DNA from: Carcharhinus amblyrhynchos
Lineage: Eukaryota
NCBI GenBank assembly: GCA_965287045.1
Contig: OZ336903.1
Location: 7,254,001-7,318,000 of the forward strand
Length of the DNA: 64,000 bases
Direction of reading: 5' to 3'
Below are positions 13,481 to 26,227 of the stretch, piece after piece (the first letter of the stretch is position 1; each line of letters begins with the position of its first letter). A model generated the notes under the pieces. That model was given only the letters and a program-made list of their open reading frames with translations, was not told where the DNA came from and made no database searches. Position numbers and translations under genes: made by a program.

Positions 13481-14089
13481 AAGCTTTGACTCTATATTGG
13501 CCTCAGAAATTTGAAACCATCCTCAGCCTGTACCAGAATGACATACAAGCTGTGATCCTTAGCAAAAGCTCTACCATAGTGAAGGCTGGGGTTAAGCAAG
13601 TATGATGGAATCCACGGTTTCAGAGCTTTGTCAAAAATGTTTTGGAGACAGACATTAATTGAAAAGGGAATTGAGCCTTCCAGTTTCTAAGGAAACAAAG
13701 GCTGAAACTGAGATTGAGAACCAAAACTTCTGGAGACAGACCGCTTGAAGATATGCAAAAGTGAGCCACCAAAATTCAGATGATGATTCTAGTGGTACAC
13801 TTCAGAGCGGCTGAAAAAGACAAAGGCTAGATCCAGAAACTGAGAATAGTAAAATACACAGTTGTTGCAGCCATTTCTGTGACTTGAAGATAACTGTGGC
13901 ATCTGAGCTGTGCAGCAGAGGTTCTACAAATGGGCATGTACTATTTTGAAGACTCTGGCATTGAAATTTGGGGTGATTGTGTACTGCTCTTGGCTGGGGA
14001 CTATGCTAATTTTGAGAAGAGGAGCTGAAATCCTTTGCAAGGGAGGCAAAAGTCTCCGACACTCCAACCTCAGTAATAGAGGTACATTC

Positions 14090-15000
14090 AGTTTGCAGAG
14101 GATGATCGTGTGTGCACTCACTCAGAAATTGAGTTCCACGTCATTGCCAACTCCTTTTCCAAGCATGAGAAAATGGGTCTTTCATTAAACACCAAGAAAA
14201 CAAAAGTCTTCTTCCAACCAGCTCCACAGCACATCTCCACCCATTATTCAGATCAACAGTGACATTGCAGGAAATGGAGACCACTTTCTATATGTTTGGG
14301 AGTATCTTCTCGCCAAAGGCAAAATTTATCTTCCCTCATGTGCCAACTCAGCCTTCAGCTGACCAAGGAGGAGTATTTGAGACCATGATCTCAAACCCGA
14401 GAATAACATCAAGGTTTTCCAGGCAGCAATAATACCTACTCCCCCGCAACCCCCATGCTTTGGTGACTTTAGACTTCCTGCACAGACACCTCAAAACATT
14501 GGAGAAATACCACACCTTCGCAAGGTCCTCCAAATCTGGTAGTAGGAAAGGTGGACCAACTCTCCCAAGCCAACTTGCTCAGTATCGAGTTACTAACTTA
14601 AAAATCATTCAAAATCATCTCCCCCGGTCCTGAAGCAATTTCTCCACTCAGAAGAAAACCTCCCAGGAGAACCATGGCAATGCTTTAGCGATGTCAGCAA
14701 AGTATCCTAACAGGTCAAGCTTCCCTGCCTGCCTTTAGCAGGCTCTGGCTCACGAACGGCCAAAATGAAGACACTTCACCCAGGAAGGCCCCCAACATGC
14801 AGACTTTGTCGGGAATGTGCAGAGAATAAGTCACTGCGTCGGAGGGAGCACACAAAGCTCCAAACACCTCAACTGCCCAATCCTGCAAATATTACCTGCC
14901 TCGAATGTGGCAGAGTCTGTGAACAGTGCACTGACTTTTCAGAGCCCAGCAAATCCAAGTTGAAGCAAAACACCCCCAATCCCAAAGGACTGGAGGAGGA
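14090..15000 (+). mobile_element. Decayed RTE-clade LINE, 3' part of the ORF
   Basis: RT C-terminal words (aacaccaagaaaacaaaagtc, gaccactttctatatgtttggg, ctcagccttcagc) and a terminal zinc-finger-like CLECGRVC in ORF 14765..15118, typical of RTE ORF ends. Confidence 0.65.
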
Positions 15001-16258
15001 GGAGACGAGAGGAGAAAGGAGAAGCACATTTGACCCTGCAAGTTCTGATACACATTACAATGAGAAACACTATTCTGCACATCATCATAACCATTTCTCA
15101 AATTCAATATCGTTTTAATGCTATCATTAATGGTGATCTTTTTATTTCATATACATTTGTATATAATTTAGAAAGAAGAGATGACAGAGAACAAAAGATC
15201 CTAGCTTAATCTCTCCTATTTTTGCCAGCACCTGAAATCCCTGACTAAATTTCTGGCTTCTGTGCTCTCAGGGACCAGATATTCACCATTTTGTTCTACC
15301 TCTGCGAGCTTACTCCTTTCAGGGGAAAACCATTGTTCTGAAGAACAATGATAATTAGAACAGGAATAAAAGCTCCACGCCTTGATGCTTTGCTCACTTT
15401 ACCAGATTTCCAAACTAAAATTTCCCTTTCCCTCCTCTGTTATGCTCAGCACCTTCAGACAGCTGCCATTTCAATCCCTTAAGAGTAATTTCTTGGATTC
15501 AAACTTGTTTCCCAGGCCTAAAAATCTTAATGCACCACTCAAATCAACCTTTAAAATCCCACGGCAAGGTGTTAGATGTAATGATCAATATAAAATAAGC
15601 CGAGTTAGCATACACTTACTGCAAATAGCCCTTAGTACTTGGATCACAAAATAGCAAATGTGACCATAAAAAAGTGACTGAGTATCAGAACAAAGTGATC
15701 AATAACGCTCAGCCAAATATTAAAGATCTCCCAAGTCAACCGCTGTAAAACATCAACGGCTAAGTACAATGTGGTACCAAGTAATATTCAATTAAAATAG
15801 GGGGGGGAAAATAAGTAGGCTTGAGTTTACGGCCTTTTCCTGGTCCAAAAGGTTACTGCGTGAATTGCTTTGATCACTCTCAAATATCCTGAGCAAGAAG
15901 CAAATAAATGAGCTGATGCCAGATCTGAACAGTGTTGCTGGCAGATGTACTTCATACATTGGTACAAATAAAAGCAAATAATCAAGCACTCTGTATGGTG
16001 TTTAAAGCTTCTTGCTTTAAATTCTAAAATCAAATTGTGTCACAACTAACATCATCAGCACCTAACTGGATTCAAACCAGTTGGTGAGGTCAAGACAATG
16101 TCAGAGAGCTCTTTCTTGCTGAGAGAGTTGATTGACTTTGGCTGGCATCAACACTCCACAGTGTCCTATCTATCTGCCATTTGTGTCCAAATACCCATCG
16201 TCTGTTTCCCAAAACAACATTATTGAGAAGGCATTGACACCAATATCAACCAGCACCC

Positions 16259-16330
16259 CACTCACTTGTCAAACTCAAAACAGTTTGTTTGGTCACTCAC
16301 TTGTCAAACTCAAAACAGTTTGTTTGGTCA
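16259..16330. repeat. Perfect 35-bp tandem duplication
   Basis: cactcacttgtcaaactcaaaacagtttgtttggt occurs at 16259-16293 and 16294-16328. Confidence 0.95.
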
Positions 16331-16659
16331 AATCAAGTTTCAAGAGTAGATGTTTGCAGCTGTGTCCATGATTGACTTTCAGAATCAAGTGAATAAAGTA
16401 CAACATTTTACAGACGCATTGATCAAACCCAGCTCAAACCTAAAAACTAGTCCACTTATTTTTTGAAAGTTGAGTGATTGCTTTTCTTTAAAAAGCCTTC
16501 AAAAGTGTCCTATAATAGTAATTCTGAATACAATAGACAATGAGCAAAATAACTTTCACAGCAAAGATGGCAATGACATAAAATTGGCAAGTGGTTGGTG
16601 TTATTCACACGTTGGGCAGCAAGATAAGCTGTTGAGTGTTGGGTACACATGAGAGGGTT

Positions 16660-16975
16660 GATACTTTAGTGCAGTGCAGAAGGACTGCACTGTAAGCAAT
16701 GTTGTCAAATGACATCCTCACCACACATTCAGGTGGATAATATAGATCTCATGCAATTATCAAAAGGAAAACACAAATTCTTGTGATGTTCTGTCCTACA
16801 TCACTCTCAATTAATTCTGACATAAACAGGTTAATTGGTCATTTATGGATTTTGTTGGCAACTGTGGTTGCCAACTGTGTCCAAATGCAATCATTTCACT
16901 CCAAGTTAAATAATTGTATGTGAAGCACTTTAGAAAATCATGCAAAACATGTTAAGGCACTTTATAAATGGGTGC
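16660..16975 (+). mobile_element. Ancient SacSINE1/Deu-domain-like SINE remnant
   Basis: caggtggataatatagatctcatg...aaacaggttaattggtcatt...tgtgaagcacttt...aaggcactttataaatg; similar remnants occur at about 39430-39710 (-) and 44690-44880 (+). Confidence 0.5.
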
Positions 16976-17079
16976 AATGTATATTACAAGAGATTCATGA
17001 TGGGTTCCATTCATTGCAGTGACTAGCAACATGAGGGGTGCCCCAGGGAATTGATGCAACTCCAGCACTATTTTGTTCA

Positions 17080-17292
<213 letters not shown>

Positions 17293-17301
17293 TTATTCAC
17301 A

Positions 17302-17306
<5 letters not shown>

Positions 17307-17368
<62 letters not shown>
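17307..17368. repeat. (CA)31 microsatellite
   Basis: Uninterrupted CA run read directly. Confidence 0.98.
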
Positions 17369-17369
<1 letters not shown>

Positions 17370-18297
17370 CTGTCACTCAGATGGAATGTGCATCATTGCA
17401 AGTTATTATCGAGATTATTATCTCCATTTTGTGGATGGGTAGCATGTGTTGTTCTGCAAAGTGATGACCAAAAAAAGGTCAAGACAAAATAAACTAAGTA
17501 TCCTCAACATGTACGGATGTAAGATTTGATTTCGATCGCTTGGAATAGCATGTGAACTTGAGGGGGCAAAGTCACATCAATATCAAGGTAACGATGCCAG
17601 CAGAAGTGATGTCGTGTAATCTAGAGTATGCAGGACAGTTGTAAGGTTCAGCTGTTAACATGGGCTTGCTCCTTTAAGGGCAGTGCTCAAGTCTCCTTAT
17701 GTTGAAGTGATGCAAATGGACAAATCCAAATAACTGTAACTGCTTGTAAACCACCAAGGTCAGAGGACAATTGAACATGCTTACAAGTTCCAGGTCAATG
17801 ACTGGCCTGCTTTTCCATTTTTTAAGGTTGGTTTACCAATGTAATGAAGTGTGACAGATTTGTGTTTGACGGAACATATAAACCGAGATACCAGTGGACA
17901 TTCTGAGGCTTTATACAGTGTGTCATCGGGCATATTTTACTGCAACGTATTATCAGGACCAAGAATTTATGATAGCTGAAATTAATCTTTTAACAAGTGC
18001 AACTGGAGTGTAATATCAGGTTTATATGTGATTAAAAGCAACTCTGAATTCTGAAAGCGAAAAAAAAAGCTCTGGCCGCATCTGTTGACAGAAGAACAGA
18101 GTTAACGTTTTAAGTCAAATAGATTGTTTCTTCAAAACTGAGCATATGATTGTGTCCACATTTTAACTGAAATCTTAATTCCGGGAGGATGACTATTACA
18201 TTTCAGTACTAACTAAGTAACATTTTTTAAGACCAGCATCCAACAAAAGGTAAGATGAAAGATGTTCCAGGCAATATGTAGGCGACAAGATGCTGAA

Positions 18298-18444
18298 GAT
18301 ATCCAAGTCTTGGGATCTGGAGCAGTAGATAGCAGTATTGAGATGGTGCTCTGGTGATATCCAAGTTTTGGGATCTGGAGCAGTGGACAGCATTATTGAA
18401 ATGGTGCTCTGGAGATATGGAAATCTTGGGATCTGGAGCAGTGG
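18298..18444. repeat. 58-bp tandem repeat, about 2.5 diverged copies
   Basis: Units start at 18298, 18356 and 18414 (gatatccaagtcttgggatctggagcagt...atggtgctctgg). Confidence 0.9.
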
Positions 18445-18699
18445 GTACTATTATTATGCACATCATGACAAATTGGGCTCTGAAATACTTGGGTGAAGGT
18501 GGAAATAAAAGAAAAGCCATGTCTATCAGCTATTCACTGCAACTATACCATGGATATACTTTTTTTCCAACTATACTGAGGAATAGGTACGATACCATAA
18601 CAACTGTTGTGAAAAACTGCCAGCAAACATAAATACTAGCTGCAAGGCCAACTGTGTTCCTGGTGAGAGGCAGAAAATCTCTACTTCTTGCTTTTCCTT

Positions 18700-20010
18700 C
18701 TTTGTTCATGGGATGTGGGCACAGCCAGCAGATATTGCCCATCCTAAGTTATCTGAAATAGATGGTGGTGAGCTGACTTCTTAAACCGCTGCAGTGTAGG
18801 TGGTGTAAATGAATCCACAGTGATTTTAGGGAAGGAGTTCCAGGATTTTAATTCAGCGACAGCAAAGGAGTGGCAACATATTTCCAAGTCAGGATGGCGA
18901 GTGGCTTGGAAGAACTTGTTGGCGGTGTTCCCATGCTGCCCTTATTCTTCTAGATGGTAGTGGCCGTGGGTTTGGAAGTCGTACCTAAGGAGCCTTGGTC
19001 CTGCAGTGCATCTTGTAGATAGTACACACTGCTGCTATTGTGTGTCAGTAGTGGAGAAGTAAACATTGAAGAAGGTGGATAGGGTGGTGACTACATGGCC
19101 TGCTCTTCCCTGGATGGTGTCAAGCTTCTTGAGTGTTGTTGGAGTTACACCCATCCAGGCAATTGGAGAGCATTTCATCACTTTCGTGACTTGCGCTTTG
19201 TAGATAGTGGACAGGCTTTGGGAGTCAAGAGATGAACGACTGTTTGTAGCTTCTGACCTTCTCTTATAGCCACAGTATTTACATGCTAGTCCAGGTAACC
19301 TAATTCAAACATCTGAGATCCTGAAGGTTCATGAACACATGGAGAGGATATTTCCTCTTGTAGGACATTCTAGAACTTGGGCCAATGTCGAAAAGTAAGG
19401 GATTTGGGACAGAGATGGGGGAAAAAAACAATTCTCTCAGAGGGCTGCAAGTCTTTAGAACTCCCTTCCACAAAAGGCAGTGGAGGCAGAGTCTTTGAAT
19501 ATCTTTAAGACAGCGCTAGATAGATTCCTGGTTAACAAGGGAGGTTACCGGGACTAATACCAAGTAGAGATTAAAATCAAATCAGCCATGTTCTTCTTGA
19601 ATGATAGATCAGGTTCAAAGGGGCCAGAGGCCTAATTTTCTCAATGTGTACTGTTCTTAAATTGTTCATATGTTCCTCGTCAATGATAACCTAGGTTTCG
19701 ATAGTGCAGAGTTCTGTATTAATACAATTTAATGTTAAGTTGAATAGATCCTCTAGTGATTGTGATGGTCATTGCTTGACGCCAATACTAATCAGCCCAA
19801 GCTAAACGTTATCCAAATATTGCTGCATTTGAACGCAGACTGCTTCAGTGTCTGAATGTTGTGCAGTGAACATCTCCACTTTTGGCATGATGGAAGGTGG
19901 TCATTAATGAAGGAAGATCATTGATGAAACAGCTCAAGATGGTTAGATCTAATATGGATGGATGGTTGGATGTTGATGGAGGTGTCTGGAACATTGCCTG
20001 CAAGGTATGA
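18700..20010 (-). mobile_element. Second CR1-clade family fragment, with an oppositely oriented CR1 3' fragment nested at about 19300-19675
   Basis: Host-family words on both sides (ttccaagtcaggatgg, gagtgttgttggag, gtcaatgataacc, cagcccaagct). The inner segment has ttctctcagaggg, gtggaggcagagtc.ttgaatat and ends ttcatatgttc. Confidence 0.7.
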
Positions 20011-20164
20011 TTTCATGAGGCTGTTCCTTGAGTAATCTGAGCGAGAGAGAGCTCTCCCAGATATTAGTGAGGAGGACTCTGAAGTGTTGACAGGGCTGGG
20101 TGGACTGTTGTCACAGCCAGTGCCTAGGCTGGTGCCAGGTCAGTCCAGTTCCATCCCTGTTAGA

Positions 20165-20440
20165 TATTTTAGTGGTTTGATACAACTCATTGGCTTGCTA
20201 AGCTATTTAGAAGGCATTTATGAATTAATCAAACAAGGCAAGGATGGTTGCACTCCCGAAAGGTCATTAGTGAACCAGATGGGTTTTGACAACTTCAACA
20301 ATGGTTACGCGGTCACCATTAGACTAGTTTTTAATTCCAGATTTATGAATCATACGTAAATTCCACCAGCCGTTTTGGTGGATTTGAACCCACATTAGGC
20401 TTCTGGAATTATTTGTCCAGTGATGCTGCTATTATATCAT
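20165..20440 (-). mobile_element. Shark SINE-like repeat (family of 23095-23400)
   Basis: cattagtgaaccagatgggtttt...aattccagattt...ggatttgaaccca is the reverse complement of that family. Confidence 0.65.
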
Positions 20441-21614
20441 GACCTACTCCAATCATACAATGGTGAACTAAAACCATGATATTTCTCAAAAAGGATCTCT
20501 TTGAAGAGTTACTTTACTTTGAATCTGTTCAAGAGTAGAAGGCAAAAGTATTAATCAACAAATAAAATGTTCCAACATTCCAGCCTGTGATTTCCAACAA
20601 CAGGAATACGTTGCTGCATTCATCTTGGGTTAATCATGAGGGAGCAACATAAACTGACATCTTCACTTGAATTAGAGCTGTTTCATTCAACAAGGTTGAA
20701 GCAGAATAAAATGTTTCATAGGCAAACAAAAAAGACCTGTGATGCAAGCTCTGCTGGCTTGAAAGAAACATAGAGTTATGAAAGTAACAGATAACTTGCA
20801 TCTCCAGAGCTGCACGCAAATCCCCTGCGACTGAAGTAGGTTCTCAGAGTGTTTTTATAGCTTCAATTTAAGTCACACAATCTAACAAAGGACCCAATCA
20901 AGCTGAACGAAACAGCAGTCTTCCTTGTATACAGAGACCCAGCAAATAAATTATGTGTATCCTGCATCTAACATGCACTTCCTATTTGCCTACTTATCTG
21001 TGCTGTGACTTATAAATGTTCAAACAGAAAGAACAAGTTTAGAACTACAGCACCCACCCCTGGTTTAATACACCAAAGTGCTTTTCAGTTGAACTATTAT
21101 TAATTGTTTTGCAGGAACCAATGTTCCAAATGCCAAGCTCTGCTCCAACCACAGCTCCACATTGCCAGGTAAACATTTCACCTCCTTCAATTTAAATTCA
21201 GTTGAAGATTCCTTCAAGGGATCCCCATCAGTTCTGGGGCCTGCAATTCCCCCCACCAGCTCCCCACAGCTGGACATATCTGTTTGAACTTTCCTGCTCG
21301 AGCGCATTATAGTTTGCTACTCAAGCTGCCTGACCGTCCCAGTTATGGCAGCCATGCAGTCAGTCAAGCTCTCCTGTCCTGCTCACCCTTTGCCAGTTTC
21401 AATTTATCCAATCCCAGCCTGAAGAATCGGGCCAGATCCTAAATCACAACTCGTAATATAGAGGTCACTCAGTGGGGGGGGGGGGGAGGCAGTTAACCTA
21501 TCTTCAAATGGAAACCCAGCTTCCACAACCACAGCCAAGACACAAACATGTGGCACCATTCTGTGTCCAGTCAAATATTCTCTTTTATTCAAACCCTGTT
21601 AGACAGATAGGACC

Positions 21615-22492
21615 TGAAACATCACCACCCGTCACACAAGATCCGTAGGCTTGCGAAGAGGACATATGGAGTCTGTGAATGTATACGGACGGGTTAACTG
21701 ACTGGGCAAAAAATCTGGCACATAGAGTATAATGTGGGAAAGCATGGACTTGTAAAACTGGCAGCATCAATCAGAAAGCATTATACTGTTTAAATGGAGA
21801 GAGATTGCAGAATTCTGTGGCACGTGAATCACGAAAGGTTAGTGTGCAGGTACAGCAAGTTACCAGGAAGGCAAACAGCATGTTATCATTCGGAGAGTGG
21901 AATATAAAAATAAGAAATAAAAGCAAATTACTGCAGATGCTGGAACCTGAAGCCGAAAGAGAAAATGCTGGAAAATCTCAGCAGGTCTGGCAGCACCTGT
22001 AAACAGCATCTCCTCACAGATGCTGCCAGACCTGCTGAAATTGTCCAGTATTTTCTCTTTTGATAAAAGTGAAAACATTTTATTTTAGGTGTACAGAGTG
22101 TGGGTGAGATCATACCTAGAGTACGAGGATACAGCTGCATTTGAAGCAGCTCAGAGAAGGCACACTTGACTGATTTGGATAAGGGGGTTATCTTTAAGAA
22201 AACTTTGAAATAGCTGGGTCTGTACCTACTGGAGTTAAGAAAAATGAGCTGTTATTTTATTGAAACAGACAAGATCCTGGGGGAAATTGACAGGGTGGAT
22301 GGTAAGCAGTTATTGCCATTGGTGAGAGAGATTCCAACAAGGAGGCACAGTTTAAAAAGAAGGGGTCTCCCTCTCGAGGTGAAGACAAGAAGAAATATTT
22401 CCTCTCACAGGGTCGGTTCGTCTGTTGAATGCTCTTCCTCAGAGATCAGTAAGACTGTATCATTGAATACACTTAAGGCTGAATTAGACACA
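21615..22492 (+). mobile_element. Decayed CR1 RT-to-3' fragment interrupted by a palindromic element
   Basis: tgggcaaaaaatctggca..tagagtataatgtggg, caggtacagcaagt..ccaggaaggcaaa and gaggcacagtttaaaa, homologous to 48560-49300. Confidence 0.75.
21910..22062. mobile_element. Palindromic non-autonomous element (probably derived from Penelope termini) with candidate 6-bp TSD
   Basis: Arms aaagagaaaatgctggaaaatctcagcaggtctggcagca and tgctgccagacctgctgaaattgtccagtattttctcttt. ataaaa occurs at 21904-21909 and 22063-22068. Confidence 0.7.
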
Positions 22493-22859
22493 TTACCCCC
22501 TGCTCCGAATTCTTGTGTGCATTTTGTGTGAATCACTGGTCACCAGTTGATCCACTCTCCTGCCCATCATCACAATGTTCTGGCCATTCTGCTTTTGTTC
22601 GCAATGGCCATTCCCTTCTCTCAACCAATTCCAAACACTGATCCAGGAATCAGGACTTCTATTGCCCAAAAATTTTAACCTTATCAAGAACAAATCTGCA
22701 AAAATACATATAAATGGCTTGATTGCAATTAAATCAATACTCAGGGAGAGAAGTTTCAATGTTTCTTTAGCTCTCTGAACCACCATTTCTGTCACAGGGG
22801 ATTATAATTTGAAGGCAAGTAAAAGAACAAGGCTACATTGAAGTTATGAATTACAGTGA

Positions 22860-23075
22860 AGGAATAAGTTAGAAATGGAGGCGCAGTATGAGGAAAACAA
22901 GACAGAAAAAAGAAAGGGGACAAAGACGAAATGTCAAAAGTTGGAGAGGGAATGATGAAGGGAGAAGGGTAATCGGAAAGGGGAAACAAGCAAACAAATG
23001 AGAAAAGGAAGGAGAAATGAACAAGGGAAAGGGAAGGTGAGATACAAAGAGACAGGAAATAATTGCAAATGACAA
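22860..23075. repeat. Purine-rich (GA) low-complexity tract
   Basis: Strong A/G bias on the + strand over about 200 bp. Confidence 0.7.
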
Positions 23076-23094
23076 GTGGATTAAATGGGAAGAT

Positions 23095-23400
23095 TAATCC
23101 AGAAACACAGCAAATGTTCTGGGGACCTGGGTTTGAATCCGGCGTAGCAGATGGTGGAATTCGAATTCAGTTGAAAAAAAATCTGGAATTAAGAATCTAC
23201 TGATGACCATGAAACCATTGTTGGAAAAACCCCTCTGGTTCACTAATGTCCTTTAGGGAGGGAAATCTGCCATCCTTACCTCGTCTAGCCCATATGTGCC
23301 TCCAGAGCCATAGCCATGTGGTTGACTCTCAACTTCCCTCCAATGGCAACTAGGAGGGAAATTGCTGGCCATCAACACCCATGTCTCACAAATGAATTTT
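23095..23400 (+). mobile_element. Shark tRNA-related SINE-like repeat sharing its 3' end with the second CR1 family
   Basis: B-box-like gggtttgaatcc; core ggttcactaatgtcctttagggagggaaatctgccatccttacc; tail ggcaactagg...gctggcc...aatgaat resembles 50590-50650. Confidence 0.7.
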
Positions 23401-23539
23401 TAAATATTGCAAAGAGATAAAGATGGGGTCAGAGAGAATGAGGGGCATTCGAAGAAAAATACAACTTTCACGTAAATAGTTGTAAACAAAGCATGCCAAA
23501 AGTCACACTGATGAACTTGGTTTCAAAACTCTTTGCATC

Positions 23540-23895
23540 GAATCACAGAATAAATCCCGACAGTGCAAGAGGCTACCTGCCACTCGGCCCATCGAGTCTG
23601 CATCGACCCGCTGACAGAGCATCTTACTCAGGCCCTATGCCCATAACCCCAAATATTTATCCTGCCAATTCCCCCGACCCACACATCCTATGACACAAGG
23701 GGTAGTTTAGCATGGCCAATCAACCGAACCAGCACATCTTTGGACTGTGGGGGGAAACCGGAGCACCCGGAGGAAACCCACACAGACACAGGGAAAATAT
23801 GCAGACTCCACAGACAGTCACCCAAGGCTGGAACTGAACCCAGGTCCCTGGCGCTGTAACATAGCAGTGCTAACCACTATGCTACCAAGCCTCCC
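23540..23895 (-). mobile_element. HE1-like tRNA-derived SINE
   Basis: Reverse complement has head gtggttagcactgct...cagcgccagggacctgggttcagttcc, body gggtttcctccgggtgctccggtttcc, and a CR1-like tail. Confidence 0.88.
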
Positions 23896-24249
23896 CTAAC
23901 TAAATATTAGTAGTCACGAATAAACATTTTAAAAATATACTTTATTTTGCTGGCCTTTAGTTTTGAAACATTAGTTGCCCTTATCCAAGGAGTAGACTGG
24001 TTCACTCAATCACTTATTCTATCTGTTATGGACTCCTGGCACCAACAGAAACCAGTGAATTTGTTGCTCATTCAAATCACACACACCTCAATCTTCATAA
24101 TCCATATAAAGCAGACTATTATTGCACAAGATTTGACATGTCCTTCCACAGAGAGTCTGTGGAGCCTCAAAAAAATCATTCAACTAACAACTTGAACTTG
24201 CTCTATGAAAATTCAACCAAATGATTTAAATGTTGAGAGAAGTACTTAC

Positions 24250-24358
24250 CACTATTACCACAGTCTGCACACGAAATTAATTCCTCACGTTTCTTCTCGC
24301 GATTCTGCTCTTTTGTACCCAGACAAAACCCACAGATTGGAATTGGCTCCGCACGGGG
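24250..24358 (-). CDS. KAT6A: KAT6A internal coding exon (109 bp), start of PHD finger 1 of the double PHD finger
   Basis: Minus strand reads ttatgtcaacag|CCCCGTGCGGAG...GGTAATAGTG|gtaagt and translates to [36 protein letters not shown](G). EQNREKK, ELIS and CGNSG are KAT6A-type residues rather than KAT6B-type. Phase 0 to phase 1. Confidence 0.96.
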
Positions 24359-25489
24359 CTGTTGACATAAGAAAGCAAAAGTTTATTTTCAAGAGCTGCT
24401 TTGCTGCGATTCAGCACTTACAGATGCCAAATGGAACACCAGCCTGGTGAAGAGATAAATATCATCAACTAACTTAACAACTCAAACCTAAGTATAGTTT
24501 GCATAAGAGTCCTGGGGACACCCCGGTTTTGTGTGGCAGTTGGCATACAATCTGGATAGTTCGCTAAGCAAGGCAGACAAACTGCCACTCAAGATTAACA
24601 GTTTTACATCTTAAACCAAGTCATGGCATGAACCCAGAAGATCCATCTCAAAAATAATACTGCAGTCAATGATCAAATAAAAGGTTTCTTTATTAGGTGT
24701 CTTTTTCACGTGCTCACTGCTATTCATTTTTGAAGTCTCACCATTATAATTCAAAAATTGTAACTAAAAGATCAAAATTTAAGATATGAACAAACTGTCA
24801 ACCCGATAATCATATCAAGACACACATCAGTTCTGAAACAGCAGAACAGTGAAAACAGACATTATCCTTTACGAACTCTGGGTCTGAAGCAAGGGCCATG
24901 TCATAGTGGCTGTCTGCTACACATGAAATAGTAAAACATTTTGATAGTAGCTCTGCAGACTTCAATGTTGACTGTCAACCCAACTTGTGTTCTTCAAAGC
25001 AAAATTATGCAATGGAGGGAAGTTCAGTCAAAGAAGGAAGGGTTTTTCAACACATCCATCTCCGCCTCAGTCATTAGAGTTCTCAGGATTTAATCATCTG
25101 CCTCCTTCTTGATCATCACATTATCATCCATCAATTTGCAAGTGGATTAAGAACTCCCAAGATTACAGCAAAGGCATTTGTACTGTTACTGGGCTTTGAA
25201 AGACAAATAATAAACACAATTCTAGAAGGGAGGCTTCCAGAAATGCCAACACTGGTGAGAACATCTTGACAGTAATATGCACCATCACAAAACAGACAGC
25301 AGTGCACTCCTCCATATTGCCTTTCTACTGACAGACAGCACTTGCTACATCCCACAGTATGTCAGAGGTTCAAATCAGCCCCTGACATTATCAGCTCTCC
25401 TTGAACAGCTTTCCTGCTTCTTGCTGCCGTAAGCCTCTATCGTCCCTGTATAATACACAGCCGTGTCCCTGCAAAATACAAATTATGGA

Positions 25490-25720
25490 AAAGCCTGGTG
25501 GAGTTAAATGTTGGCCAGCACACAAGGAGAATTCACATGTTCATCTTTGAAATGGAATCTTATATATACACCCAGTACAGTCACAGGAACCCAGTTAAAA
25601 GCCTCAACCATAACAGCACTGTGGTGAAGTGCCAGCCAAGCTTTTACGTTCCAATTTCTGAAGTGGGATTTGAACCTACAACCTTCTGACTTGGCGATTA
25701 TACTGCTACCACTGAGCCAA
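25490..25720 (-). mobile_element. tRNA-headed SacSINE1-like SINE 5' part
   Basis: Reverse complement tggctcagtggtagca...agtcagaaggttgtaggttcaaatcccact has A- and B-box-like motifs. Confidence 0.6.
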
Positions 25721-25819
25721 GTTGATATTTTAACTCAAAGATCATGTTACTATTCTCCTCATTACATAGCACAGGTTGCATTCCCTGCAAAGTTTACATT
25801 CTGACCTAAGTATACTCAT

Positions 25820-26227
25820 GATGTGGAGATGCTGGCATTGGACTGAGGTAAACAAAGTCAGAAGACTCACAACACCATTTATTTGGTAGCACAGGCCACT
25901 AGTTTTTGGAGTGTTGCCCCTTCATCAGGTGAGTGAGATTTTATTTTGCAAGCAGGCTTGCCTCGCTAACCCTCTTGTCTAGAGACAATACACATCTCTT
26001 TAACCTGTGCTTAACACCCTCTCCACTCACACTGTTTGTACCTTGAAGACTTGATTATCTGTAAAGACCCGCATTCCAACCATTATTTTGTAAATTGAAT
26101 TTGTATTTTTATATGCCCTGCTTCTGAACTGAAATCCACCCGATGAAAGGGCAGTGCTCCGAAAGCTCATGGCTTGTGCTACCAAATAAACCTGTTGGAT
26201 TTTAACCTGGTGTTGTGAGACATCTTA
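25820..26227. mobile_element. Non-autonomous Penelope-like element with inverted terminal segments, hammerhead ribozyme remnants and a 14-bp TSD
   Basis: ctaagtatactcat flanks both ends (25806-25819 and 26228-26241). Inverted arms include tttatttggtagcaca/tgtgctaccaaataaa and ctcacaacacca/tggtgttgtgag. Each arm carries a CTGATGA...GAAA-like core. Confidence 0.8.

Noticed and set aside
25660-25720. tRNA gene
   Set aside because: A/B-box-like motifs are present, but there is no complete cloverleaf and it continues into a SINE body. The same applies to the HE1-like heads.
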